Below are positions 1-8,332 of a DNA stretch of 64,000 nt, piece by piece (positions within the stretch are counted from its first letter, which is position 1; every line of letters starts with the position of its first letter). Both the position numbers and the translations under genes were made by a program. Source of the DNA: Vicinamibacteria bacterium (GTDB lineage Bacteria; Acidobacteriota; Vicinamibacteria; Marinacidobacterales; Marinacidobacteraceae); NCBI GenBank assembly GCA_963555995.3, contig OY821641.1, forward strand, positions 160,001-224,000, written 5' to 3'. The notes below the pieces were generated by a model. The model was not told the origin of the DNA. It saw only the letters and a list, made by a program, of their open reading frames with translations, and searched no databases.

Positions 1-2
1 TC

Positions 3-620
3 GTGATGCTCGGCGTGTTCGCGCTGAACACCCTGGGGCTCGAGGGCGGCATCCTCCAGATGATCAACCACGGGCTCTCCACCGGGGGACTCTTCCTGCT
101 CGTCGGCATCATGTACGAGCAGCGCCACACCCGCGAGATCGCCGCCTACGGCGGGATCGCCAAGGTGGTGCCGAAGTACGCGGCGCTCTTCCTGATCATC
201 GCGCTCGCCTCGATGGGCCTGCCCATGCTGAACGGGTTCATCGGCGAGTTCCTGATCCTGCAGGGCGTCTTCCAGGTGGACTGGGTCTACGCCGCGTTCG
301 CCGTCTCGGGCATCGTGCTCGGCGCCGCGTACCTGCTGTGGCTCTACCAGCGGGTCATGTTCGGCAAGCTGGACAAGGAAGAGAACAAGTCGCTGGCCGA
401 CCTGACCAGCCGCGAGAACGCCACCCTGGTCCCGATCGTCGCGCTCTGCATCTTCATCGGCGTCTATCCCAAGCCGTTCCTCGAGAAGCTCGCCGTTCCG
501 GTGGCCGCCATCGTCGAGCGCGTCTCGCCCGAGAGCGCGCAGACCGCCGAGGCGCCGCCGCTGCCGGCCGAGGTGGAGGAAGAGCTCCGAAGCAGCGCCG
601 CCGTTCCGAGCGACGACTGA
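3..620 (+). CDS. nuoM: NADH-quinone oxidoreductase subunit M, C-terminal part (5' end outside window)
   Basis: QMINHGLSTGGLF, LASMGLPMLNGFIGEF, AAYLLWLYQRV and IGVYP motifs of NuoM/ND4. Confidence 0.93.
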   Translation: MMLGVFALNTLGLEGGILQMINHGLSTGGLFLLVGIMYEQRHTREIAAYGGIAKVVPKYAALFLIIALASMGLPMLNGFIGEFLILQGVFQVDWVYAAFAVSGIVLGAAYLLWLYQRVMFGKLDKEENKSLADLTSRENATLVPIVALCIFIGVYPKPFLEKLAVPVAAIVERVSPESAQTAEAPPLPAEVEEELRSSAAVPSDD

Positions 621-653
621 GCCTGCGGCGGTTCCCCTTGCCTCGGCGGGAGA

Positions 654-920
654 ATGCCGCCGATGAGCCCGGACCCGCCGGTGGCGCCGCGCGCCCGGCT
701 GCTGACCCTGCTCAGCCTCGGCTTCTCGGTGCCCATGGCGATCGTGATCGGCGGCGGGGCCGGGTGGCTGCTCGACGGCTGGCTCGGAACGGCGCCCTGG
801 CTCTTCCTGGTGTTCCTGGCCTTCGGGATCGTCGCCGGGCTCCGCAACGTGGTGCGGGCCGCGTCGGCGGTGGCGGAGAGCGACGCGCCGCCTGAGGATT
901 CGGGCGGAGAGGCCCCATGA
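654..920 (+). CDS. AtpZ/AtpI-family small membrane protein
   Basis: GWLLDGWLGTAPW motif, two TM segments, first gene of the F0 cluster. Confidence 0.85.
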   Translation: MPPMSPDPPVAPRARLLTLLSLGFSVPMAIVIGGGAGWLLDGWLGTAPWLFLVFLAFGIVAGLRNVVRAASAVAESDAPPEDSGGEAP

Positions 921-1366
921 CGCATTCGGGGAGGCCGGCGGAAGCAAGCCGGGAAGAGCGGCTCACCCGGCGGGCGCTCGCCCTCGGAGCGGCCGCCGCG
1001 CTGATCGCACTCGCCTTCGGCCCCCGGATCGGGCTCTCGGTGCTGGGTGGCGCCACGATCTCCATCCTCAACATCGTCGCGCTGCGCCGGGTCGCCGCTA
1101 GTCTGACCGCCGACCATTCGGCGCGTTCGGCGATCCTGCTGGCCGCGCTCACCGGGGTTCGCTATCTCTTGCTCGGGGGCGCGCTGGTTGCGATAATTGC
1201 CCTCTGGAACGCCGACGTGATCGGCGTCGTGTGCGGGTTGGGCGCGCCGAACCTGGCCGTCCTGCTGGAACTGCGAAACGGGGGCTTCCGGGCCCTTCGT
1301 ACACCGCAGGCCTCTCCTCCCCCGGATGAACCGGAGGACAGGGAGAACCCCCCGCCGGGCGCCTGA
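917..1366 (+). CDS. atpI: ATP synthase protein I-like membrane protein
   Basis: About four hydrophobic segments, located between atpZ and atpB, ATGA overlap. Confidence 0.75.
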   Translation: MTHSGRPAEASREERLTRRALALGAAAALIALAFGPRIGLSVLGGATISILNIVALRRVAASLTADHSARSAILLAALTGVRYLLLGGALVAIIALWNADVIGVVCGLGAPNLAVLLELRNGGFRALRTPQASPPPDEPEDRENPPPGA

Positions 1367-1389
1367 CCGCACGTCCTCCCGGCCCGACC

Positions 1390-2079
1390 ATGGAAATCCA
1401 CCACTACTCAGCCTTCACCCACTGGATCGAGGAGTGGTTCCATTTCCATCCGCCGGATCACGTCGTGATGGCGGTCTTCGTGGCGCTCTTGCTGTCCGGG
1501 TTCGCGATCCTCTTCCGCCGGCGGATCTCGGTGGAGAACCCCGGTCGGTTCCAACTGATCCTCGAAGCGCTGGTGGGCGGACTGCTCTCGCTGCTGAGGG
1601 AAAACGTGGGTCCGAAGGGCCGGCGATTCCTGGGCCTCGTGGGCACGCTCGCCCTCTTCATCTGGATCAGCAACCTGTGCGGGCTGGTGCCCTACCTCTC
1701 GTCCCCCACGGTGAGCATCAACATGCCCGTGGGGTGCGCGATCGTGGCGTTCCTCTACTACAACTACCAGGGGATCCGCGCCCACGGGGCGAAGAAGTAC
1801 TTCGCCCATTTCCTCGGGCCGAGCCCCTGGCTGGCCATCGTGATGCTGCCGGTCGAGATCATCAGCCATCTCAGCCGCATCCTTTCGCTTTCGGTCCGGC
1901 TCTTCGGAAACATCTTCGGCGAAGAGCTGGTCGTGGTGGTGCTGGCGTTCCTGATCCCGTTCGTGGTGCCGCTCCCGATGATGGCCTTCGGCGTCTTCGG
2001 CAGCACCCTCCAGGCGTTCGTCTTCACCATGCTCACTGTCATCTATCTCGGCGGCGCGGTCGCGGCCGAGGAACATTGA
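1390..2079 (+). CDS. atpB: F0F1 ATP synthase subunit a
   Basis: SRILSLSVRLFGNIFG and LQAFVFTMLTVIY motifs. Confidence 0.97.
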   Translation: MEIHHYSAFTHWIEEWFHFHPPDHVVMAVFVALLLSGFAILFRRRISVENPGRFQLILEALVGGLLSLLRENVGPKGRRFLGLVGTLALFIWISNLCGLVPYLSSPTVSINMPVGCAIVAFLYYNYQGIRAHGAKKYFAHFLGPSPWLAIVMLPVEIISHLSRILSLSVRLFGNIFGEELVVVVLAFLIPFVVPLPMMAFGVFGSTLQAFVFTMLTVIYLGGAVAAEEH

Positions 2080-2114
2080 TCCGGCCGCGTAATCAGTTCA
2101 AGGAGAAAACCATC

Positions 2115-2438
2115 GTGTCCAACAAGTTTCGGACGACCCTGCTGGCCGTCTTCGGCGTGCTCGCCGCTGCCCCGGCCTTCGCCCAGGGAACCTGGGATCC
2201 GGTAGTCACCCAGTGGGCGCTGATTGCAGCGGGGGGCGCGATCGCCATCGCCGCCGCCTTCGGCGCCACGGCGCAGGGACGCGCGGTGGTCGGCGCCTGC
2301 GAGAGCCTTGCCAGGAACCCGGGCGCCGCTCCGCAGATCCGCTTCTCGCTGCTCCTCGGGCTGGTGCTGATCGAGTCGCTCGTCATCTACGCCTTCGTCA
2401 CCGCGCTGATCATCTTCTTCGTCCTCTGGAACGGGTAA
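2115..2438 (+). CDS. atpE: F0F1 ATP synthase subunit c with N-terminal extension
   Basis: AGGAG then GTG at 2115 (3' part of ORF 1326..2438); ARNP loop and LIESLVIY carboxylate helix. Confidence 0.95.
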   Translation: MSNKFRTTLLAVFGVLAAAPAFAQGTWDPVVTQWALIAAGGAIAIAAAFGATAQGRAVVGACESLARNPGAAPQIRFSLLLGLVLIESLVIYAFVTALIIFFVLWNG

Positions 2439-2519
2439 GGGAGCGCCGGTCTTCAGACCGGCACGCGCGGCGCTCTGCGCCGCGCACGTCGCGACCCCAC
2501 CCACCCTGACGGCGCTCCC
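2439..2519. repeat. REP-like hairpin element after atpE
   Basis: GGGAGCGCCGGTCTTCAGACCGGCAC, second hairpin, and closing GGCGCTCCC. Confidence 0.75.
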
Positions 2520-2538
2520 CCGCTGGTAGGGTGAACCC

Positions 2539-3585
2539 ATGGTCCGCCCCTTCCGCTGGGACCCCGAGCGCAAGGTCCTCCACCTGCTGGATCAGCGCCG
2601 CCTCCCGTCCGAGGAGGTCTGGATCGAGTGCTTCGAGGCGCACGAGGTCGCGGACGCCATCCGTGACATGGCGGTCCGAGGGGCGCCGGCCATCGGCATC
2701 ACAGCCGCCTACGCGGTGGTGATCGGGTTCGCCCGTGGCGGCGGGGACTCGCCGGTCTCCCGGTTCGAGGACTTGGCGGCCGCACTGCTGAATACCCGGC
2801 CCACCGCCGTCAATCTGCGCGCCGCCATCGCGCGGATGCGTGCCCGGTTGGAATCGCTTCATGCCCCTTCGGCCCTGGAGCGGGTTCGCGGTCTTGAGGA
2901 TGAGGCGGACTGCATCGCCGCCGAGGACCTGCAGGCCAACCGCCGCCTCAGCCTGCTCGGGGCGAGCCTCCTGCCGGATGAAGGGCCGGCGCGCGTCCTG
3001 ACCCACTGCAACGCCGGGAGCCTTGCCACCTCCGGGTACGGGACCGCCCTCGGCATCGTCCGGGCGCTGGCCGAGTCCGGCCGTGAGGTCGAGGTGTTCG
3101 CTCCCGAGACCCGCCCCTATCTCCAGGGCGCCCGGCTCACCGCGTGGGAGCTGATGGCGGACGGAATCCCGGTCACCCTCGTCACCGACGGGATGGTCGG
3201 GTCCCTGCTCGCGGGTGGGGACATGGATGTGGTGGTCGTGGGCGCCGACCGGATCGCGGCGAACGGGGATTCGGCCAACAAGATCGGCACCTACCAGGCC
3301 GCGGTCCTCGCGAAGGAGCACGGCGTGCCGTTCCTGGTGGCCGCGCCCTTTTCGAGCGTGGACCTCGGGACGCCAACCGGTGCGGAGATCCCCATCGAGG
3401 AACGCCGCCCCGAGGAAATCGTCGAGATCGCCGGGAGACGGATCGCCCCGGAGGGCGTTCCCGTCTGGAATCCGGCCTTCGACGTGACCCCGGCGCGGTA
3501 CATCACGGCCATCGTCACGGAGCGCGGCATCGCCCGCCCGCCGTTCACCGAGTCGCTGAAAAACCTTGCGGCTCTGCACACCTGA
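2539..3585 (+). CDS. mtnA: S-methyl-5-thioribose-1-phosphate isomerase
   Basis: VRGAPAIG, TRPTAVNL, THCNAGSLAT, ETRPYLQGARLT, NKIGTY, NPAFDVTP. Confidence 0.97.
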   Translation: MVRPFRWDPERKVLHLLDQRRLPSEEVWIECFEAHEVADAIRDMAVRGAPAIGITAAYAVVIGFARGGGDSPVSRFEDLAAALLNTRPTAVNLRAAIARMRARLESLHAPSALERVRGLEDEADCIAAEDLQANRRLSLLGASLLPDEGPARVLTHCNAGSLATSGYGTALGIVRALAESGREVEVFAPETRPYLQGARLTAWELMADGIPVTLVTDGMVGSLLAGGDMDVVVVGADRIAANGDSANKIGTYQAAVLAKEHGVPFLVAAPFSSVDLGTPTGAEIPIEERRPEEIVEIAGRRIAPEGVPVWNPAFDVTPARYITAIVTERGIARPPFTESLKNLAALHT

Positions 3586-3636
3586 TGAATGCAATTTGAT
3601 AGCATGACGGTTTCAGAACGCCGTGGAGGTGTTGTC

Positions 3637-3873
3637 ATGGGCAGCCTTACGATCCGAAATCTGGACGACCATGTGATCGAGGCGCTGAAGGCGGAGGCCA
3701 GGGCGAACGACCGTTCGATGGAGGCCGAGGCCCGGCGCGCGCTGACGGAGCGCTTTGACCGGATCCAGCGTATGGTGGAGTTCCGGGAATACACCGACGC
3801 GCTCCGCCGGCGCACCGAAGGGATTCCCCAGACGGACAGCGTCGAGCTGCTGCGCGAAGACCGTGACCGGTGA
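3637..3873 (+). CDS. FitA-like ribbon-helix-helix antitoxin
   Basis: GGAGG then ATG; MGSLTIRNLDD...RSMEAEAR; C-terminal DSVELLREDR; overlaps PIN gene. Confidence 0.85.
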   Translation: MGSLTIRNLDDHVIEALKAEARANDRSMEAEARRALTERFDRIQRMVEFREYTDALRRRTEGIPQTDSVELLREDRDR

Positions 3874-4622
3874 GGTTCACGGTTGACGCCAGCGTCGTCG
3901 TCAAGTGGTTTGTCTCCGAGGAGCTGACCGAGAACGCAACGTTGTTGCGTTCCCATCGGCTGGAGTTGCACGCGCCCGACCTGGTGTTCGCCGAGTTTGC
4001 GAACGCTTGTTGGAAGAAGTTCCGCAGGGGGGAAATCACCGACATTCGCCAACGTCTGCGGGCCATAGAGCGCCTGCCCCAGCGCATCACCATGCACTCG
4101 CTCGGGAATCTTGCCTTTCGTGGAGCCGAGATCTCGCTGGCGCTCGATCACCCGGTGTACGACTGTCTCTACCTTGCCTGCGCCGAAGCGACCGCATCGC
4201 AGCTCGTCACGGCCGACCACAGGTTCGTGAACAAGGTGCGGGCGCGCGCTCCGGGGCTTCCGGTTCGTTACCTCGGCGACGAGGACTTCGCGGCCGACAT
4301 CGGCGCGGCGGCGGTGGCGCCGGTGATCGCCCGCGCGACGGTGGCGGAGCTTGCAGACGCGTACGATCTGCTGTCCGCCACGGGAGAGCAAGCCGCCTCG
4401 CTTGCGCGCAACCGCTTGGGAGCCCGGCTGGACGCGCTCTCCCCGGAAGAGCGCATTGACCTCCTCGCCTTGGCCCGGTTCGGCCAACCCGGTGAACCCG
4501 ACTGGACGTTCTGTCACGAAGCCGCCTGTTCCGAGGTGGCCGGCGCTGACGCGGCCTACCTGATCCACGGCGGCGCGTTCTGGAGGCGCGGCATGGAGCG
4601 CCTCTTCGACGCCATTCCCTGA
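3870..4622 (+). CDS. vapC: PIN-domain (VapC) toxin with extra C-terminal domain
   Basis: VDASVVVKW, E..N, YDCLYLA, LVTAD; about 110 extra C-terminal residues. Confidence 0.85.
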   Translation: MRFTVDASVVVKWFVSEELTENATLLRSHRLELHAPDLVFAEFANACWKKFRRGEITDIRQRLRAIERLPQRITMHSLGNLAFRGAEISLALDHPVYDCLYLACAEATASQLVTADHRFVNKVRARAPGLPVRYLGDEDFAADIGAAAVAPVIARATVAELADAYDLLSATGEQAASLARNRLGARLDALSPEERIDLLALARFGQPGEPDWTFCHEAACSEVAGADAAYLIHGGAFWRRGMERLFDAIP

Positions 4623-4628
4623 CCCCCG

Positions 4629-5693
4629 ATGCTCATCCTCGGGATCGAGACCTCCTGCGACGAGACCTCGGCTGCCGTGGTCGAGGACGGCCGGCGCATC
4701 CTCTCCAACGTGGTGTCGTCCCAGATCGCCGAGCACGCCCGCTTCGGCGGGGTGGTTCCCGAGATCGCCTCCCGCCAGCACCTGCTGAGCCTCTCGCCGG
4801 TGGTGCGGCAAGCGCTGAGCGAGGCCAAGGTCGGCCTCGACGACATCGAGGCGGTCGCGGTGACGAGCGGTCCCGGCCTGATCGGGGCGCTGCTCGCCGG
4901 GGTCTCCTTCGCCAAGGCGTTCGCCTTCGCCCGCGGGATTCCGCTGGTGGGCGTGGACCACATCGAGGGGCACATCCGCGCCTGCTACCTCGAAGGGGAC
5001 GAGGTGCCGCACCCCGCGCTCGCGCTCGTCGTCTCAGGGGGCCATACGAACCTGTTCCTGATGGAGATCGAAGGCTCCTACCGGCTGCTCGGCAAGACCC
5101 GCGACGACGCCGCCGGCGAGGCGTACGACAAGGTCGCGAAGCGGCTCGGGCTTGGCTATCCGGGAGGCCCGATCCTCGACCGCCTGGCGCAGCGAGGCGA
5201 TGCGAGCCGCCAGGTGTTCTCGCTCCCGCACTTTTCCGACGGGGCAAGGCTGGACTTCAGTTTCTCGGGCCTCAAGACCCAGGTCCTCCGGCTCATCGAG
5301 CACGAGGGCATCGAGCCGCTCGCCGACGGCGAGGACCCGTTCGACCGCGAGGACCTCCGGGATCTGGCGGCCAGCTTCCAGTCGGCGGTGGTCCGCGCCC
5401 TGCGCCGGTCGGTGGACCGGGCGCTGCGCATGTTCGAAGCGAAGGCCGTGCTGCTGACGGGCGGGGTCGCCGCCAACTCGGCCCTGCGGGCCAACTTCCA
5501 GGCGCTCGGCGAAGAGCGCGGCCTGCCCGTCTTCTATCCGAGCATCGCCCTCTCCACCGACAACGCCGCCATGATCGCCGCCGCCGGCCACCTGGCGCTC
5601 CTCCGCGGCGAGACGGCGGGTCCCGAGCTGACGGCAGACACCGAGCTGCGGCTGGGAGAGTCCGGGCCGCGCCGCTCCCGGCGTCACCGCTGA
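4629..5693 (+). CDS. tsaD: tRNA N6-threonylcarbamoyltransferase
   Basis: GIETSCDET, GGVVPEIASRQH, HIEGH, VSGGHT, DDAAGEAYDK, GGVAAN, TDNAAMI. Confidence 0.98.
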   Translation: MLILGIETSCDETSAAVVEDGRRILSNVVSSQIAEHARFGGVVPEIASRQHLLSLSPVVRQALSEAKVGLDDIEAVAVTSGPGLIGALLAGVSFAKAFAFARGIPLVGVDHIEGHIRACYLEGDEVPHPALALVVSGGHTNLFLMEIEGSYRLLGKTRDDAAGEAYDKVAKRLGLGYPGGPILDRLAQRGDASRQVFSLPHFSDGARLDFSFSGLKTQVLRLIEHEGIEPLADGEDPFDREDLRDLAASFQSAVVRALRRSVDRALRMFEAKAVLLTGGVAANSALRANFQALGEERGLPVFYPSIALSTDNAAMIAAAGHLALLRGETAGPELTADTELRLGESGPRRSRRHR

Positions 5694-5701
5694 CCTTCAA
5701 C

Positions 5702-7270
5702 GTGAGGGAAACGCCGCCCGACCTCGGCCGGGTCACGGCCGTCTATCGCGTCCAGCGCGAAGCCGTCGCGTCGGAAGACTTGGCGCGGCTCATCGCCATC
5801 GAACAGACCGTCGAGATTCCCGAGGCGCTGATTCCGCCGGGGAAGATCCGCGACGAGGTCGTCGGGCGGGTGGAATCCGTGGTACCGGACCCGGCGGTTC
5901 CGGGCGCCAGCCGCATCACCATCAGCTACGGGGCAGAACTGGCGGCAGATCTTTTCGGCCTGCTCGCGGTCGCGATCGGCAACGCGCCGATGTACGGCGG
6001 AGTGCGGCTCGTCGAGCTGCAACCCCCGCGGGCGCTGCTCGAAACGCTGCCGGGGCCCAACCACGGCGTCGAAGGAGTACGGCGGCTATGCGGCGTGCTG
6101 GGACGGCCGCTCCTGGCCACCGCGCTCAAGCCACAGGGCTCAAGCGTCGCCGAACTGGCCTCCATCGGGGAGGCCTTCGCGCGCGGCGGCGGCGACCTGG
6201 TGAAGGACGACCAGAACCTGACCGATGACTTCGAGGCGTTCCGCGACCGGGTCACGGCGTGCGCGGAGGCCGTGGATCGCGGCAACCAGGCCACCGGCCG
6301 CCGGTGCCTCTACCTCCCGCACGCCGGCGCCCGCGCCGAGGAACTCGAACGGTACGTCGAGTTCGTCGCCGAAGCCGGGCTTCCCGGCGTCCTCGTCTGC
6401 CCGATGATCACCGGGCTCGACACGATGCGCGCCCTGGCGGAGCGCTATCCGCTGATCTTCATGGCGCATCCCTCCCTCACCGGGGCGTACACCCACGCCC
6501 GCGGCCACGGGGTGGCCCACGAGGTCCTCCTGGGGACCCTGTTCCGGCTGGCGGGCGCCGACATCTCGGTGTTCCCGGACGCGGGCGGGCGGTTCCAATA
6601 CACCGAGGCCGAGTGCGCGGGAATCACCGGGAGGCTCCGCGAACCGCTTGGCGCGCTCCGCCCGGCCTGGCCGTCGCCGGCCGGCGGGATGGGTCCGGCG
6701 GACGTCGGCCGCATCGGCGACACCTACGGCCCGGACACGGTGCTGCTCATCGGCGGCGCCCTGCTCGGCCATCCCGAGGGCATCGAGGCGGGAACCCGTC
6801 GGATCCTCGACCGCATTCGCGAGGTCCACCCGGAGGTTTCCATCCAGCCCTCCGCCCCGCCGCGGCCTTCCCTGCCAGAACCGCGGCGGCTCGCCTTCCG
6901 GCGGGACTGGAACTGGGAGGGCCGCGACAGCTCGCCCTACAAGGACGCGGGCGACCTCACCTTCCGGGGGGTGCGCCGGGTGGAACTCGTGGGCAAGTTC
7001 GGGGAGCGCACCCGCTCGGACCTGCGCTACTTCGAGGTCGAACCCGGCGGCCACACGAGCCTGGAGAGGCACCTCCACACCCATGTCGTGATCGGCGCGC
7101 GCGGGGAAGGCGTCCTCGTGCTCGGAGACCGCCGGATGCCGCTCAGGCAACTCGACGTGGCCTGCGTCGGCCCGCTGGAGGCCCACCAGTTGCGAAACGA
7201 GACGGAGGAGCCGTTCGGGTTCTTCTGCGTCGTGGACCACGACCGCGACCGCCCGCTGCGGGTGGGTTGA
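5702..7270 (+). CDS. RuBisCO-like protein (form IV) fused to a C-terminal cupin; candidate MTRu-1-P 1,3-isomerase / MTXu-5-P methylsulfurylase
   Basis: IEQTVE, ALKPQG, KDDQNL, MAHPS, RLAGAD, PAGGM, IGG in the RLP part; Pro-rich linker; LRYFEVEPGGHTSLERHLHTH...HQLRN...FGFFCVVDHDRDRP cupin from about 6880. Confidence 0.88.
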   Translation: MRETPPDLGRVTAVYRVQREAVASEDLARLIAIEQTVEIPEALIPPGKIRDEVVGRVESVVPDPAVPGASRITISYGAELAADLFGLLAVAIGNAPMYGGVRLVELQPPRALLETLPGPNHGVEGVRRLCGVLGRPLLATALKPQGSSVAELASIGEAFARGGGDLVKDDQNLTDDFEAFRDRVTACAEAVDRGNQATGRRCLYLPHAGARAEELERYVEFVAEAGLPGVLVCPMITGLDTMRALAERYPLIFMAHPSLTGAYTHARGHGVAHEVLLGTLFRLAGADISVFPDAGGRFQYTEAECAGITGRLREPLGALRPAWPSPAGGMGPADVGRIGDTYGPDTVLLIGGALLGHPEGIEAGTRRILDRIREVHPEVSIQPSAPPRPSLPEPRRLAFRRDWNWEGRDSSPYKDAGDLTFRGVRRVELVGKFGERTRSDLRYFEVEPGGHTSLERHLHTHVVIGARGEGVLVLGDRRMPLRQLDVACVGPLEAHQLRNETEEPFGFFCVVDHDRDRPLRVG

Positions 7271-7343
7271 CGACGGTGCCCCGCGATTTCGGGGACCGGG
7301 TTGGCGATCCGCGTTCAGCCGGAGCGGCGCGGAGTATCACGCC

Positions 7344-7826
7344 TCACGACGGATCCAACGTGCTCATGAAGCGTCCGAACCGCTCGAGGTCGCGCGTCAC
7401 CAGCGGGTGGGCCTGGCGCAGCTTGGCCACGAGGAAGTCCAGGCGATCCCAGTCGTATTCGAGCTCGAAGTAGTAGCGCTTGAAGTGGCGGAAGCGGAGC
7501 AGTTCCGAGAGCGGGGGAAGGGCTTCTTCCGATACCGCCGCCGCCCGCACGCCCTGAATCTCCAGAGTCATCCGCTGCAGCAGGTCCTGATGCCAGCGGT
7601 CGGAGCCGAGATCGTTCTCGAAGTGCTGCGAGATCCGCAGGAAGATGGTCTCCAGGCAGGTGTAGTAGTTCTCCAGCAGGCCGGCGACGATCAGGGCCGA
7701 CACCGGCGTCCTGCCGAGCCGGACGACCTCGTCGGTGAGCGCACTCTCGAGGGTTCCGCGAACCGTTTCGAGTCGCTTCCGATGTTGTTCGACGACGGCC
7801 GTGAGTTCACGGATCGAGGCGTTCAT
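7344..7826 (-). CDS. HepT-like HEPN ribonuclease toxin
   Basis: LENYYTCLE.IF.RI, WHQDLL, LLRFRHFKRYY; directly downstream of MNT gene. Confidence 0.82.
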   Translation of the reverse strand: MNASIRELTAVVEQHRKRLETVRGTLESALTDEVVRLGRTPVSALIVAGLLENYYTCLETIFLRISQHFENDLGSDRWHQDLLQRMTLEIQGVRAAAVSEEALPPLSELLRFRHFKRYYFELEYDWDRLDFLVAKLRQAHPLVTRDLERFGRFMSTLDPS

Positions 7827-8196
7827 GGACCAGTGCTCCCCGCGTGCGAATGCGCTCGGCGATGTCCTCCGGCACCTTCTCCAGTTCGATCACATCCACC
7901 GGCAGCGTCGTTCCGTCCATCGCGATGCCGAGCGTCCGAAAGAACTCGGCCGGCCCGCGCAGTCCCTCGACGGCGATGTCTATGTCCGAGATTTCGCTGA
8001 AGCGCGACCGATCGAGCAGCGATCCCCACTGGTAGATGCGGCGCGGGTTCACCTGTTCCGCGATCGCCGCGATGATCGCGCCGGCGTCGCGCGTGGCCCG
8101 CTCGAACCGTTTCTGGATGCGCGCGCGCCGGCGCCGTTCCTTTGCCGCCTGGAAGGCCCGGGCCCGATCAAGATCGATGCCAAACTCGTCTTGCAC
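7807..8196 (-). CDS. Minimal nucleotidyltransferase (MNT) antitoxin
   Basis: YQWGS...SDIDIAVEG, VDVIELE; GTG start at 8196 chosen inside ORF 7807..8397. Confidence 0.85.
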   Translation of the reverse strand: MQDEFGIDLDRARAFQAAKERRRRARIQKRFERATRDAGAIIAAIAEQVNPRRIYQWGSLLDRSRFSEISDIDIAVEGLRGPAEFFRTLGIAMDGTTLPVDVIELEKVPEDIAERIRTRGALVHERLDP

Positions 8197-8332
8197 CTTT
8201 CCGCAGTATAAGCGGCGGCGGCGGGCTCCCCGGACGATTGGCCCCGGTGGTCCGGGCCGCAGCCGCGAACCGCGCCCGCGCTCGGTGATATAACGCCGAA
8301 CCGCCCCAACCCCCCCGTCCCAAGGAGGCGTC

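Noticed and set aside
1326-2114. Long N-terminal extension of atpE (370-aa ORF)
   Set aside because: Off-frame overlap with atpB; an RBS and GTG at 2115 give a normal c subunit.
5702-7270. CO2-fixing RuBisCO
   Set aside because: KDDQ instead of KDDE, first catalytic lysine position not conserved, no rbcS or prk nearby.
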